Positions 8,793 to 17,982 of a stretch of 32,000 bases of DNA are shown here, piece by piece. The position numbers and the translations under genes are program-made. Positions within the stretch are counted from its first letter, which is position 1; the number at the start of each line of letters is the position of its first letter. The stretch is taken from the NCBI RefSeq assembly GCF_014396165.1, contig NZ_CP060715.1:780001-812000 (forward strand). Direction: 5' to 3'. The DNA is from Erysipelothrix inopinata. GTDB lineage: Bacteria > Bacillota_I > Bacilli_A > Erysipelotrichales > Erysipelotrichaceae. Under the pieces are notes generated by a model. That model did no database searches. It was given only the letters and a program-made list of their open reading frames with translations, and had not been told where the DNA came from.

Positions 8793-10752
8793 GAAATCGT
8801 TTATAAGTTCTCCAACAGTTGGAGCCATCATTACTCTCCTTGCCAATATTCTTATCTTAGGAGTCATTGTTGTACTTGGACGTTATATGAGTATCGCAAA
8901 TGAATATTTTGTTATTGGAATTGGTGGTGCAATTGTTGCGGCATTAATTATTAATATTTTCTTCTTATTAGGATATGCGAAGCGTATTCGTTTTTTCAGG
9001 AATATGCTCGTTATTTTTGGAGTGATTATCATCCTCTTTACATCTGTCGCTGCATACTATAGCTACAGTGCTGATGCATCGATTGATCAGTTGATTAATA
9101 AAACTGGTGTCGAAGATGTAGAACTTGTGCTTCTTGCATTTAATGAAGAAGATACACAAAAGAATATGGATAACAAATCAGTAGGATATGTTGTTAACTC
9201 TGACAAAGTGGAAGAAACCATTAAGAATAATATGACACGATATTCTAGAACTGTCGTTTATAAAGAATATCAAAATTATGGTGAACTGCTTACTGCTGTG
9301 AGTGATAAAGAAGTTCAATATGCTGTGGTACCTCGTAACTACACAAGACTAAATGAAGTTGCGCAACTTGAGGTGAATCCATTAGATAAAGCAGAAGAAC
9401 TCTTCATTTTTAATACGAAGATTGAATCTTCAGTTGGTAGCAAGGATGTTCTTAAAGAACCCTTTACGCTATTAATTACAGGACTCAATGATGGGTTATC
9501 CGACTCCATTATTCTGGCATCATTTAACCCTCAAACATTGAAAGCGACGATGACGAGTGTTTCTCGTGACTCATATGTTCCGATTCAATGTTACCCGAAC
9601 AAATCATTTGATAAGATTAACCATTCTCGTGGCGTAAGCCGTCAGTGTCTCATCGATACTGTTGAATCATTCTTGGATGAAAAAGTGGATTACTATTTTG
9701 AAACAGACTTTTATGCACTTGTTAAAATTGTAGACGCTTTAGGTGGACTTGAGATTACATCACCGATTACCTTTGCGGGATCACTTCCTATCGAAGGTAC
9801 TGTAGGTACAAATGAGAAAAACATGGAAGGTATTACAGTTCCAGAAGGAACCAATGTTCTTGATGGTAAGCAAGTAATCACCTTTGCACGTGAACGTCAT
9901 CATTTTGCGAATGGTGATTTCCAACGTCAATTAAATCAACAATATGTTATTAAGGAACTTGCAAACAAAATTATCTCGACACGTGATCCAAACACATTAC
10001 TGAATGTATTGAATGCGGCCAAAGATAATATGGAAACAAGTTTACCTAAGGAATCTATGGTTGATCTTCTAGGATTTGCTATCAGTAATATTGATCAATC
10101 TCCTGTCGATCCAATGTCAACATTCAGAATTACGCAAACTCAGATTGCAGGAACGACACCTTTAATTAAAGGTGCAAGTGTGGTCCTTCCTTACAAGAAG
10201 GATGTTGAACTTACTCGTAAAGTAATTGATGAGAATATGTTGACTGAACCGGTGCTGCATAATGACTATGAATTTAGCTTCAATGCAAATAAACCATACA
10301 CAACCAATTTTATTGATGCTGATTCAGCAGGTGGTGCGGGTGCATCCTTCTATAACTATGATCAACCAGGAAATAGTAAGACAAATACACGTACTGTAAA
10401 AGAGACAGATTCTGATTCGAAAGATAGTAAGAAAACAAATAATCAGAATACACAAGATAACAAAACAGCAAACAATAACAACAACAACAACAATAGCAAC
10501 AACAATAACTCAAACAATACAAATACTGAGAAACCAAAAGAAACAACTCTCAAAGCACCTGATTTTGCAACGATGTCTAAAGACGATATCAGGGCTTGGG
10601 GAACCAAACACAATGTGAAGATAAATTTTGAGGTCTATGAAACATCTGAACCACAGTTTAATGACGGACAATATTTTGGACAGTATCCGGAACCAAATAT
10701 GAATGTGGATGGATCGATATCTGTGAAATATGTTAAAAAGAAATCTCAGTAA
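8770..10752 (+). CDS. LytR-CpsA-Psr (LCP) family cell-envelope protein with an Asn-rich linker and a small C-terminal domain
   Basis: N-terminal TM helices. LCP-like blocks DSIILASFNPQTLKATMTSVSRDSYV and FARERHHFANGDFQRQLNQQYV. Poly-N/S tract at about aa 555-585. SD GGAGGT. Confidence 0.8.
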   Translation: MAKKDNNKKSFISSPTVGAIITLLANILILGVIVVLGRYMSIANEYFVIGIGGAIVAALIINIFFLLGYAKRIRFFRNMLVIFGVIIILFTSVAAYYSYSADASIDQLINKTGVEDVELVLLAFNEEDTQKNMDNKSVGYVVNSDKVEETIKNNMTRYSRTVVYKEYQNYGELLTAVSDKEVQYAVVPRNYTRLNEVAQLEVNPLDKAEELFIFNTKIESSVGSKDVLKEPFTLLITGLNDGLSDSIILASFNPQTLKATMTSVSRDSYVPIQCYPNKSFDKINHSRGVSRQCLIDTVESFLDEKVDYYFETDFYALVKIVDALGGLEITSPITFAGSLPIEGTVGTNEKNMEGITVPEGTNVLDGKQVITFARERHHFANGDFQRQLNQQYVIKELANKIISTRDPNTLLNVLNAAKDNMETSLPKESMVDLLGFAISNIDQSPVDPMSTFRITQTQIAGTTPLIKGASVVLPYKKDVELTRKVIDENMLTEPVLHNDYEFSFNANKPYTTNFIDADSAGGAGASFYNYDQPGNSKTNTRTVKETDSDSKDSKKTNNQNTQDNKTANNNNNNNNSNNNNSNNTNTEKPKETTLKAPDFATMSKDDIRAWGTKHNVKINFEVYETSEPQFNDGQYFGQYPEPNMNVDGSISVKYVKKKSQ

Positions 10753-10818
10753 AAAAGTTAAGCAGTTGTAATCAAAGGCATGAACCCTCATAATGTATAG
10801 GTAGAATGAGGTCGTTGT

Positions 10819-11703
10819 ATGAAACATATATTTATTATTAATCCCACCTCAGGGATTGGAAAATATAAAAATGTCGAAAAATGGTTGCATCAAAATTTTT
10901 CATCGAGAGATGATGATTTTGAGATACACTATACAGATTATCCTGGACATGCAAAACTCATAGCTTCTCGCTATGGAAAAAATCATATTCTTTACTCAGT
11001 GGGTGGTGATGGTACTGCCCACGAAGTTTTGAATGGTATGAATTTGGATTCTGAACTTGCAATCATCCCGGTAGGTACGGGTAATGATTTTTACCGTATG
11101 TTACCAGAGAGTGACGCCACAATTGAAGAAATACTTGAAAATACAATTAACGGAGAAACACGTCATGTGGACATTGGAGAGGCGAACGGTCATCGTTTCT
11201 TGAACTGTTTGAACTTCGGAGTTGACTCCGAAGTCAACAAATCAGTAAATGCAGTGAGACACCCTATGTTTCCGAGAAAAATTATTTATTTGCATTTCGC
11301 AATTGTGAAACTCCTTCAAAAGAAACCAATTAATGTTACGGTTGAATTTGATGGCAACAGAATTCGAAAAAAAGTATTATTAACTTCAATAATGAATGGT
11401 AAATGGTATGGTGGTGGCTTTAAGTCGGCACCGGAAGCTTCTATAGATGATGGCTATCTCGATATGTGCATTGTGGAAGATATTCCTCTAAGAAAAATTC
11501 CGCGTTTAATGCCGAAATATTATAAAGGAACCCATTTGGATTTAGATCCCATTACATTCAAGAAGATTAAGAAAGTTCGAATTACTGCAGATCAAGAATT
11601 TGCACTTGGACTTGATGGAGAAGTACTTGAAACATCGCAGGTTGATGTGAGGGTTTTAGAGCATGCTTTAAAGCTTAGAACCCCGGTTGAGCATTCGGAA
11701 TAG
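10819..11703 (+). CDS. Diacylglycerol/lipid kinase family protein (YegS/DagK-like)
   Basis: 294 aa with N-terminus IFIINPTSG, the catalytic-domain motif GGDGTAHEVLNG, and GTGNDF. Confidence 0.8.
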   Translation: MKHIFIINPTSGIGKYKNVEKWLHQNFSSRDDDFEIHYTDYPGHAKLIASRYGKNHILYSVGGDGTAHEVLNGMNLDSELAIIPVGTGNDFYRMLPESDATIEEILENTINGETRHVDIGEANGHRFLNCLNFGVDSEVNKSVNAVRHPMFPRKIIYLHFAIVKLLQKKPINVTVEFDGNRIRKKVLLTSIMNGKWYGGGFKSAPEASIDDGYLDMCIVEDIPLRKIPRLMPKYYKGTHLDLDPITFKKIKKVRITADQEFALGLDGEVLETSQVDVRVLEHALKLRTPVEHSE

Positions 11704-11750
11704 ATTTTTATAAAGTTGTGATATAATCTAGGTGATTAGGAGGTAACGAT

Positions 11751-12059
11751 ATGAATAAAGTAACTAAAGCTGATTTTAATGAAACAACAAAAGATGGAAT
11801 TGTTCTTGTGGATTTCTACGCTGATTGGTGTGGTCCATGTAAGATGATTAGTCCAATTCTTGCAGAACTATCAGAAACACTTGATGGTAAAGCTAAGATT
11901 GTTAAGGTAGATGTTGATGCTGAAGGAGAACTTGCACAACGTTTCGACGTAATGTCAATTCCAACTCTTGTACTTTTTAAAGATGGAAAACCAGTAGATC
12001 GTAAAACGGGTTTTATGCCAAAGCCTGAACTTGAAAAATTTATATTATCTGCAGAATAA
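11751..12059 (+). CDS. trxA: Thioredoxin
   Basis: 102 aa with the WCGPC active site and a typical thioredoxin fold pattern (VDFYADWCGPCKM...IPTLVLFKDG). SD AGGAGG. An extended -10, TGATATAAT, lies upstream. Confidence 0.93.
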   Translation: MNKVTKADFNETTKDGIVLVDFYADWCGPCKMISPILAELSETLDGKAKIVKVDVDAEGELAQRFDVMSIPTLVLFKDGKPVDRKTGFMPKPELEKFILSAE

Positions 12060-12064
12060 TTAAG

Positions 12065-12092
12065 AGCCAACAAAAATGTTGGCTTTTTTTTT
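12065..12092 (+). terminator. Rho-independent terminator of trxA
   Basis: AGCCAACA pairs with TGTTGGCT across a 4-nt loop, followed by T9. Confidence 0.85.
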
Positions 12093-12100
12093 CAAATGTG

Positions 12101-12128
12101 TTGCTTTTGAATGAGTCTTATGTATAAT
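12101..12128 (+). promoter_or_regulatory. Sigma-A-type promoter of the regulator-potABCD operon
   Basis: TTGCTT (12101-12106), 16 nt, TGTATAAT (12121-12128). Confidence 0.55.
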
Positions 12129-12156
12129 AAACATGTGTTTAAGCTTACTAATATAT

Positions 12157-12177
12157 TTGTTTAGTAATACTAAACAA
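12157..12177. promoter_or_regulatory. Perfect 10-1-10 palindrome, candidate operator
   Basis: TTGTTTAGTA-A-TACTAAACAA lies between the -10 box and the SD of the XRE-cupin gene. Confidence 0.55.
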
Positions 12178-12187
12178 GGAGGCTCGC

Positions 12188-12721
12188 ATGGAAATTGGAA
12201 AAAAACTCAAAACGATGAGAGTTAAAAATGGACTTACTTTAGAAGAGTTGGCCAGTCGTTGTGAGCTTACTAAAGGGTTCCTATCACAGATTGAAAATGA
12301 TCTTACATCACCTTCAATTGCTACACTGGTAGATATTGTTGAGGCGTTAGGAACGAACATGTCAACGTTCTTTAAAGAAGAAACAGACGAACAACTTGTA
12401 TTTACGGAAGAGGATTTCTTTGTTGATGAGCAGGATGACTCAGTAATTCACTGGATTGTTCCTAATGCTCAGAAAAATGAAATGGAACCGATTCTGTTAG
12501 AACTTAATCCTGGAGGTAAATCGAATGAGATCTTACCTCATGAAGGAGAAGAATTTGGTTATGTACTGCAAGGTAAAATTATTCTTCAATATGGGGATGA
12601 GGAAATTCCTGTAAAAAAGGGAGAAACATTTTATATCAAAGGGAATCAATCCCATGTCTTAGTTAACGGAAGTCAACAGAAGGCAAGAGTCATTTGGGTT
12701 TGTACCCCACCAATATTTTAG
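12188..12721 (+). CDS. XRE-family HTH plus cupin-domain transcriptional regulator (PuuR-like architecture)
   Basis: N-terminal HTH (LTLEELASRCELTKGFLSQIEN) and a C-terminal cupin-like segment (HEGEEFGYVLQGKIIL...GETFYI). SD AAGGAGG. Sits immediately upstream of potA. Confidence 0.8.
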   Translation: MEIGKKLKTMRVKNGLTLEELASRCELTKGFLSQIENDLTSPSIATLVDIVEALGTNMSTFFKEETDEQLVFTEEDFFVDEQDDSVIHWIVPNAQKNEMEPILLELNPGGKSNEILPHEGEEFGYVLQGKIILQYGDEEIPVKKGETFYIKGNQSHVLVNGSQQKARVIWVCTPPIF

Positions 12722-12730
12722 GAGGACAGC

Positions 12731-13780
12731 ATGGAAAGAGAAGCACTTATTCAATTTAAAAATATCGTCAAAAGTTTTGATGATCAATTGGTTCTAAAAG
12801 GAATTAATTTAGATATCTATGAAAATGAATTTGTCACGCTATTGGGACCCAGTGGATGTGGTAAGACTACTTTATTAAGAATTCTTGGTGGTTTCTTAGA
12901 ACAGAATTCTGGTGAAGTTTATTTCGATGATATTGAAATTACACAAGTTCCTGCCTATAAACGGGAAGTTAATACTGTATTCCAAAGATATGCGTTATTC
13001 CCTCACATGGATGTTTACGACAATATTGCGTTTGGATTAAGAATTAAGAAAGAAAACGAAGATGTTGTGAAACAGAAAGTAGAAAAGATGTTGAAGCTTG
13101 TAGGTCTTGTGGGGTTTGAGCATCGTTCTGTAACATTGCTTTCTGGAGGGCAACAGCAACGTGTAGCAATTGCTCGAGCACTTGTTAATGAACCAATGGT
13201 TCTCTTGCTAGATGAGCCTCTTGGAGCCTTAGACTTGAAGATGCGTAAAGAAATGCAACGAGAGCTGAAAGAAATTCAACAAAATGTTGGGATAACATTT
13301 ATCTATGTTACCCACGATCAAGAAGAAGCACTTACAATGTCGGATAAAATCGTCGTTATGAACGAAGGTGAAATTCAACAAATTGGATCACCTATGGATA
13401 TCTATAACGAACCGGAAAATAAATTTGTTGCTCACTTTATTGGAGATTCAAATATTATTGAAGGAACGATGATTAAAGATTTCTTAGTATCATTTGATGA
13501 TGCTGAATTCGAATGTGTGGATCAGGGATTTGATGAGAATGAATCCGTTGATATCGTAATTCGCCCTGAAGACATTGACATTGTTGATGTCGAAAAAGGA
13601 AAACTGACAGGTATTGTCGAGTCTATTACATTTAAAGGTGTTCATTATGAAATCGTAGTAGCAACACCACAAAGAAACTTCATTGTTCATACAACGGATA
13701 ATTCTGAAGAAGGAAAAGAAGTAGGCATCCACTTCTATCCTGAAGATATTCACGTCATGTATCCAATGGAGATGTATTAA
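12731..13780 (+). CDS. potA: Spermidine/putrescine ABC transporter ATP-binding protein
   Basis: 349 aa with Walker [25 protein letters not shown] and LLLDEP, plus a C-terminal TOBE-like regulatory domain. Gene order is potABCD. Confidence 0.88.
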   Translation: MEREALIQFKNIVKSFDDQLVLKGINLDIYENEFVTLLGPSGCGKTTLLRILGGFLEQNSGEVYFDDIEITQVPAYKREVNTVFQRYALFPHMDVYDNIAFGLRIKKENEDVVKQKVEKMLKLVGLVGFEHRSVTLLSGGQQQRVAIARALVNEPMVLLLDEPLGALDLKMRKEMQRELKEIQQNVGITFIYVTHDQEEALTMSDKIVVMNEGEIQQIGSPMDIYNEPENKFVAHFIGDSNIIEGTMIKDFLVSFDDAEFECVDQGFDENESVDIVIRPEDIDIVDVEKGKLTGIVESITFKGVHYEIVVATPQRNFIVHTTDNSEEGKEVGIHFYPEDIHVMYPMEMY

Positions 13781-14625
13781 TGAAAGAATATCGTAAATTA
13801 ATTATTCCTTATGTTATCTGGATGTCACTCTTTATTGTTTTGCCAATGTTACTTATTTTCTTATATGCAATTACCACAAAAGGAAATGATGTCATTTCAT
13901 TACAATTTACCTTAGATAACTTTAAGAAATTCTTTGATCCTTTATTTATTAAAGTTCTTTGGGATTCGATTAAGATTGCGGCGATTACCACAGTCATTTG
14001 CTTAATCTTAGGATACCCACTTGCATACTATATTTCGAGAACATCGCCACACATGCAAACAATGTTAATTTTACTTGTAACGATTCCAATGTGGATAAAC
14101 ATGTTGGTTCGTACCTATGCTTGGATTGGAATTTTGTCTGATGTTGGAATTATTAACAATGTGCTTATGTTCTTTGGTTTCGAACCCATCAAGATGATGT
14201 ATACCGACTTCTCTGTTATTTTAGGGATGGTCTATAACTTCTTGCCATTTATGATTATTCAAATCTATACTGTTTTATCTAAAATGGATGAGTCATTAAT
14301 TCAAGCGAGTTATGATTTGGGTGCAAACCGATATCAAACATTTAGAAAAATTGTATTTCCGCTTTCTCTCTCAGGAGTTATTTCAGGAATTACACTTGTC
14401 TTCTTACCATCACTTTCAACCTTCGTTATTCCGAAGTTCTTAGGTGGGGGAAGTTACGTTCTAATTGGTAACTTAATTGAAAACCAATTCTTAAATATTG
14501 GTGATTATAACTTTGGTAGTGCACTGTCATTAATTATGGCGGTCTTGATTATGATCTCGATTCACTTCACTAATAAATTTGATCGTGATTCGGAGTTAAC
14601 GACTAAAGGAGGTAAAGTACAATGA
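13780..14625 (+). CDS. potB: Spermidine/putrescine ABC transporter permease
   Basis: 281 aa, about 6 TM helices and an EAA-like loop (ESLIQASYDLGANRYQTFRKIVFP). TAATG overlap with potA. Confidence 0.85.
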   Translation: MKEYRKLIIPYVIWMSLFIVLPMLLIFLYAITTKGNDVISLQFTLDNFKKFFDPLFIKVLWDSIKIAAITTVICLILGYPLAYYISRTSPHMQTMLILLVTIPMWINMLVRTYAWIGILSDVGIINNVLMFFGFEPIKMMYTDFSVILGMVYNFLPFMIIQIYTVLSKMDESLIQASYDLGANRYQTFRKIVFPLSLSGVISGITLVFLPSLSTFVIPKFLGGGSYVLIGNLIENQFLNIGDYNFGSALSLIMAVLIMISIHFTNKFDRDSELTTKGGKVQ

Positions 14626-15434
14626 TGAAAAAACGTAAATGGGGATCCTCATTAGCAATTTTCTTAATGCTACTATTCTTCTATAGTCCAATTATTGTCT
14701 TAATGGTCTTCTCTTTCAATGACTCGAAGTCCTTAACATCATGGGCAGGTTTTTCTACCCGTTGGTACCAAGAGCTCTTTGCAAGTCGAGATATGATATC
14801 TGCAATTCAAGTTTCCGTAGGTGTTGCGATTGCCGCAACAATTATCTCGACGATTGTAGGAACCATCACAGCAATTGGTTTATCCAAACATAAACCAATT
14901 GTGAAACGTACAGTATTATCAATTAATAATTTCCCGGTCTTTAATCCAGAAATTGTTACCGCAATCAGTTTAATGATTCTTTTTGCCTCAATCAAACCTA
15001 TATCTGAAAATAAAGGTTTGATAACGATGCTAATAGCTCATATAACGTTCTGTACGCCCTATGTAATCTTAACGATGTTACCAAAGCTTCGATCACTTGA
15101 TCCGAGCCTAACCGATGCTGCCATGGATTTAGGGGCAACGCCATTCATGGCGTTAAAGAAAGTTCTCTTGCCGCAGCTTACACCTGCTATTATTTCAGGT
15201 GCGCTCATTGCTTTCACAATGTCCTTTGATGACTTTGTCATATCATACTTTGTTACAGGTAATGGTGTCAGCAATATTTCAATCATGGTTTACTCCATGT
15301 CAAAACGAATTAATCCAACTATTAATGCTCTATCAACAATCATAATTGTGATCATTACCATAGCATTAGTATTAATTAATGTCGTTCCAATGTTAAAATC
15401 TAAAAACTTAAAACAAGAAGGTGGAAAAATATGA
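14622..15434 (+). CDS. potC: Spermidine/putrescine ABC transporter permease
   Basis: 270 aa, about 6 TM helices and an EAA-like loop (PSLTDAAMDLGATPFMALKKVLLP). Overlaps the potB stop. Confidence 0.85.
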   Translation: MMKKRKWGSSLAIFLMLLFFYSPIIVLMVFSFNDSKSLTSWAGFSTRWYQELFASRDMISAIQVSVGVAIAATIISTIVGTITAIGLSKHKPIVKRTVLSINNFPVFNPEIVTAISLMILFASIKPISENKGLITMLIAHITFCTPYVILTMLPKLRSLDPSLTDAAMDLGATPFMALKKVLLPQLTPAIISGALIAFTMSFDDFVISYFVTGNGVSNISIMVYSMSKRINPTINALSTIIIVIITIALVLINVVPMLKSKNLKQEGGKI

Positions 15435-16480
15435 AAAAATTTATGTTAGCGAGCCTTGCACTTCTACTGGTATTAACAGGATGTGGCAAGAGCGGTGGAA
15501 AAGAAGAACTCCGTGTCTTTAACTGGGGAGAGTATATCGATAAATCACTTATCAAAGAATTTGAAAAAGAAAATAATGTAAAAGTTATTTACGAAATGTT
15601 TGAATCAAATGAAGCAATGTATAACAAATTACAAGACGGTTCAAAATATGACATAATTGTTCCTTCAGACTATATGACACAACGTATGCGTGAAGAAGGA
15701 TTATTACAAGAAGTAGATTATTCAAAAATACCTAACTACAGCCATGTTATCCCAAGTTTAAAAAACCGTAACATGGATCCAGAAAATAAATATACTGTTC
15801 CTTACTTCTGGGGTAATGTTGGTATTCTCTATAATAAAAACAATGTTGATGTAAAAGATTTAGAAGAACAAGGTTGGTCAATTTTCCAAAATGAGAAATA
15901 CAAAGGACATATGTATTTCTATAATTCAGAGCGTGATGCATTTATGATTGCTCTTAAAGCATTAGGATATTCAACAAATACTAAAGACCAAGCACAAATT
16001 GAAGAAGCGAGTGCATGGTTACAAGATATGAAACGTAACATCAAACCAGATTATGTTACAGATGAAGTTATTGACGGTATGGAGAGCGGCACACGCGATT
16101 TAGCTGTTATGTACTCAGGCGACGCTAACTACGTTTTAACGAAGAATGAGGACATGGCATACTTTGTACCTAAAGAAGGTACAAACACATGGGTAGACGC
16201 GATGGTTATCCCTGCAAATGCTCCTAATGTCGAAATGGCACATAAATGGATGAACTTTATGATCTCACATGATGCTTCGAAAGCAATCACTGAAGAGATC
16301 GGATACACAAGTCCAATTCAAGAAGTAATTGATGAAGTAACAGCACCTGGTGGATCCTTCGAAGGAATCGAATCTTACGTTACACGTACAGGTTACGAAA
16401 AAGACGAAGAATTCTTCTACGATGCAAAAATGAAAGAAATCTTATCAAACGAATGGTCCCGAATTCTCGCTATTAAGTAG
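15431..16480 (+). CDS. potD: Spermidine/putrescine-binding lipoprotein
   Basis: 349 aa with a lipobox LVLTGC after the signal peptide. PotD-like blocks (LRVFNWGEYI, YDIIVPSDYM, YFWG). ATGA overlap with potC. Confidence 0.88.
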   Translation: MKKFMLASLALLLVLTGCGKSGGKEELRVFNWGEYIDKSLIKEFEKENNVKVIYEMFESNEAMYNKLQDGSKYDIIVPSDYMTQRMREEGLLQEVDYSKIPNYSHVIPSLKNRNMDPENKYTVPYFWGNVGILYNKNNVDVKDLEEQGWSIFQNEKYKGHMYFYNSERDAFMIALKALGYSTNTKDQAQIEEASAWLQDMKRNIKPDYVTDEVIDGMESGTRDLAVMYSGDANYVLTKNEDMAYFVPKEGTNTWVDAMVIPANAPNVEMAHKWMNFMISHDASKAITEEIGYTSPIQEVIDEVTAPGGSFEGIESYVTRTGYEKDEEFFYDAKMKEILSNEWSRILAIK

Positions 16481-16487
16481 GGTTTAA

Positions 16488-16529
16488 AGCGTATATTTCT
16501 AAATAAAAAAGAAATATACGCTTTTTTTA
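16488..16529 (+). terminator. Rho-independent terminator of the pot operon
   Basis: AGCGTATATTTCT pairs with AGAAATATACGCT, followed by T7. Confidence 0.85.
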
Positions 16530-16539
16530 AAATTAAGGG

Positions 16540-16567
16540 TTGCATTTTGTTTTGGTTATTGTATAAT
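16540..16567 (+). promoter_or_regulatory. Sigma-A-type promoter of the tRNA array
   Basis: TTGCAT (16540-16545), 16 nt, TGTATAAT (16560-16567), about 20 nt before tRNA-Cys. Confidence 0.65.
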
Positions 16568-16587
16568 GTAAAAGCACAGTGAGAAAC

Positions 16588-16661
16588 GGTTCCTTAGCCA
16601 AGTGGTAAGGCAATAGACTGCAACTCTGTGATCATCGGTTCAAATCCGATAGGAACCTCCA
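16588..16661 (+). tRNA. tRNA-Cys (GCA)
   Basis: Hand-folded cloverleaf with acceptor GGTTCCT/AGGAACC, anticodon loop CTGCAAC, T-loop GGTTCAAATCC and encoded CCA. Confidence 0.88.
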
Positions 16662-16669
16662 TAAATTAT

Positions 16670-16756
16670 GGGGATGTGGCGGAATTGGTAGACGCAACGG
16701 ACTTAAAATCCGTTGAAGGTAACTTCGTATGGGTTCAAGTCCCTTCATCCCCACCA
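16670..16756 (+). tRNA. tRNA-Leu (UAA)
   Basis: Acceptor GGGGATG/CATCCCC, anticodon loop CTTAAAA, long variable arm, encoded CCA. Confidence 0.88.
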
Positions 16757-16799
16757 TTTACAAATATGGTGGCAAAAAAATTGAAATCGATGTATATAC

Positions 16800-16876
16800 G
16801 CGCCCGTAGCTCAACTGGATAGAGCACTTGATTACGGCTCAAGAGGTTATGGGTTCAACTCCTGTCGGGCGCGCCA
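16800..16876 (+). tRNA. tRNA-Arg (ACG)
   Basis: Acceptor GCGCCCG/CGGGCGC, anticodon loop TTACGGC, T-loop GGTTCAACTCC, encoded CCA. Confidence 0.88.
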
Positions 16877-16881
16877 TATTT

Positions 16882-16958
16882 CGGGATGTAGCACAGCTTG
16901 GTAGTGCACCTGGTTTGGGACCAGGGGGTCGCAGGTTCGAATCCTGTCATCCCGACCA
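16882..16958 (+). tRNA. tRNA-Pro (UGG)
   Basis: Acceptor CGGGATG/CATCCCG, anticodon stem CCTGG/CCAGG with loop TTTGGGA, encoded CCA. Confidence 0.88.
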
Positions 16959-16987
16959 TTTTTATTAAAATACAATCGATTACATAT

Positions 16988-17064
16988 GGCGGGATAGCTT
17001 AGTTGGCCAGAGCGCTCGGTTCATACCCGGGAGGTCGTGAGTTCGAGTCTCACTCCCGCTACCA
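16988..17064 (+). tRNA. tRNA-Met, elongator (CAU)
   Basis: Anticodon loop TTCATAC in a GGTTCATACCC context, as in Bacillus elongator Met. T-loop GTTCGAGTC and encoded CCA. The first acceptor pair is G-T. Confidence 0.75.
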
Positions 17065-17096
17065 TTATTAATTAATTAAACAGATACTGTAGTTCC

Positions 17097-17173
17097 GGAC
17101 CCTTAGCTCAGTTGGTTAGAGCTACCGGCTCATAACCGGTTGGTCGTAGGTTCGAGTCCTACAGGGTCCACCA
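17097..17173 (+). tRNA. tRNA-Ile2 (CAU, lysidine-type; assigned from sequence resemblance)
   Basis: GGACCCTTAGCTCAGTTGGTTAGAGC...GGCTCATAACC...GGTTCGAGTCC resembles Firmicute tRNA-Ile(CAU) rather than Met. Encoded CCA. Confidence 0.65.
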
Positions 17174-17179
17174 AAAATT

Positions 17180-17268
17180 GGAGGAGTACCCAAGTGGCTG
17201 AAGGGACTGGTCTTGAAAACCAGCAGACGTTAGCGCGTGCGGGAGTTCGAATCTCCCCTCCTCCGCCA
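17180..17268 (+). tRNA. tRNA-Ser (UGA)
   Basis: Acceptor GGAGGAG/CTCCTCC, anticodon loop CTTGAAA, long variable arm, encoded CCA. Confidence 0.88.
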
Positions 17269-17292
17269 GTTTAATTAAAACCAAATATATAT

Positions 17293-17369
<77 letters not shown>

Positions 17370-17370
17370 T

Positions 17371-17446
17371 GGCCCTGTAGCTCAGTTGGTAGAGCAACGG
17401 ATTGAAGCTCCGTGTGTCGTCAGTTCGATTCTGACTGGGGCCACCA
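17371..17446 (+). tRNA. tRNA-Phe (GAA)
   Basis: GGCCCTGTAGCTCAGTTGGTAGAGC, anticodon loop TTGAAGC, T-loop GTTCGATTC, encoded CCA. It starts 1 nt after tRNA-fMet. Confidence 0.88.
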
Positions 17447-17459
17447 TAACAAGTAATTA

Positions 17460-17492
17460 AACCTAATGTCGTGTACGATGTTAGGTTTTTTT
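17460..17492 (+). terminator. Rho-independent terminator of the tRNA array
   Basis: 12-bp stem AACCTAATGTCG/CGATGTTAGGTT (two G-T pairs), loop TGTA, followed by T7. Confidence 0.85.
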
Positions 17493-17515
17493 GTATAGTC
17501 AGGAGGTCGAGTGTA

Positions 17516-17752
17516 ATGGAGTTAAAGCCACTCCTAAGTGTAGTTAGTGATTATGTCAACGATGAGATTGATCGTAATAATTACACTCAAAGGCAGTTCG
17601 CCAAAATTTCGGGAATTTCCCAGTCAACATTAGTGAAAATCGTGAGTCATGATGAAAAAGCTGGTATTAATTCTAGGAGCATTGATACGCTCCTCAAGAA
17701 TACGAATACCTCCCTCACAGAATTATTCGAAAAGTACGGCGAGTACAAATAA
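17516..17752 (+). CDS. Small XRE/Cro-type HTH DNA-binding protein (78 aa)
   Basis: HTH segment YTQRQFAKISGISQSTLVKIV. AGGAGG lies about 9 nt upstream of the ATG at 17516. The track ORF's earlier start (17471) falls inside the terminator. Confidence 0.7.
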   Translation: MELKPLLSVVSDYVNDEIDRNNYTQRQFAKISGISQSTLVKIVSHDEKAGINSRSIDTLLKNTNTSLTELFEKYGEYK

Positions 17753-17982
17753 AAAAAAGAGCCATCTGTCTTCACCTCTCATTTCTACTGTCAGCATTTT
17801 CCCACCACCGCTTTACAAAGTGTTTCCTTTTTCACTGCACTTTATCATGCATTGCACTATTAATTGCAACGCCAAGCACTTCGTGTCACGAGGTGAGCAT
17901 TGCAATAAGTTTATGCATGATGTCGTTATGTTACAGAGGTTCACACATCCTTTGACTAAAGCCGAAAGGCAAGGAGGAAAAT

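Noticed and set aside
10310-10827. 78-aa and 105-aa minus-strand ORFs
   Set aside because: They are antisense reads of the Asn-rich tract and 3' end of the LCP gene (Cys/Tyr/Leu low complexity). They are artefacts of codon repetition.
12148-12360. 70-aa minus-strand ORF over the XRE-cupin gene start; similar antisense ORFs occur in trxA, potA, potB, potC and potD
   Set aside because: All are antisense to genes with strong family motifs. None has an SD.
16628-16822. 64-aa ORF in the tRNA array
   Set aside because: It is translated straight through the tRNA-Cys, tRNA-Leu and tRNA-Arg sequences.
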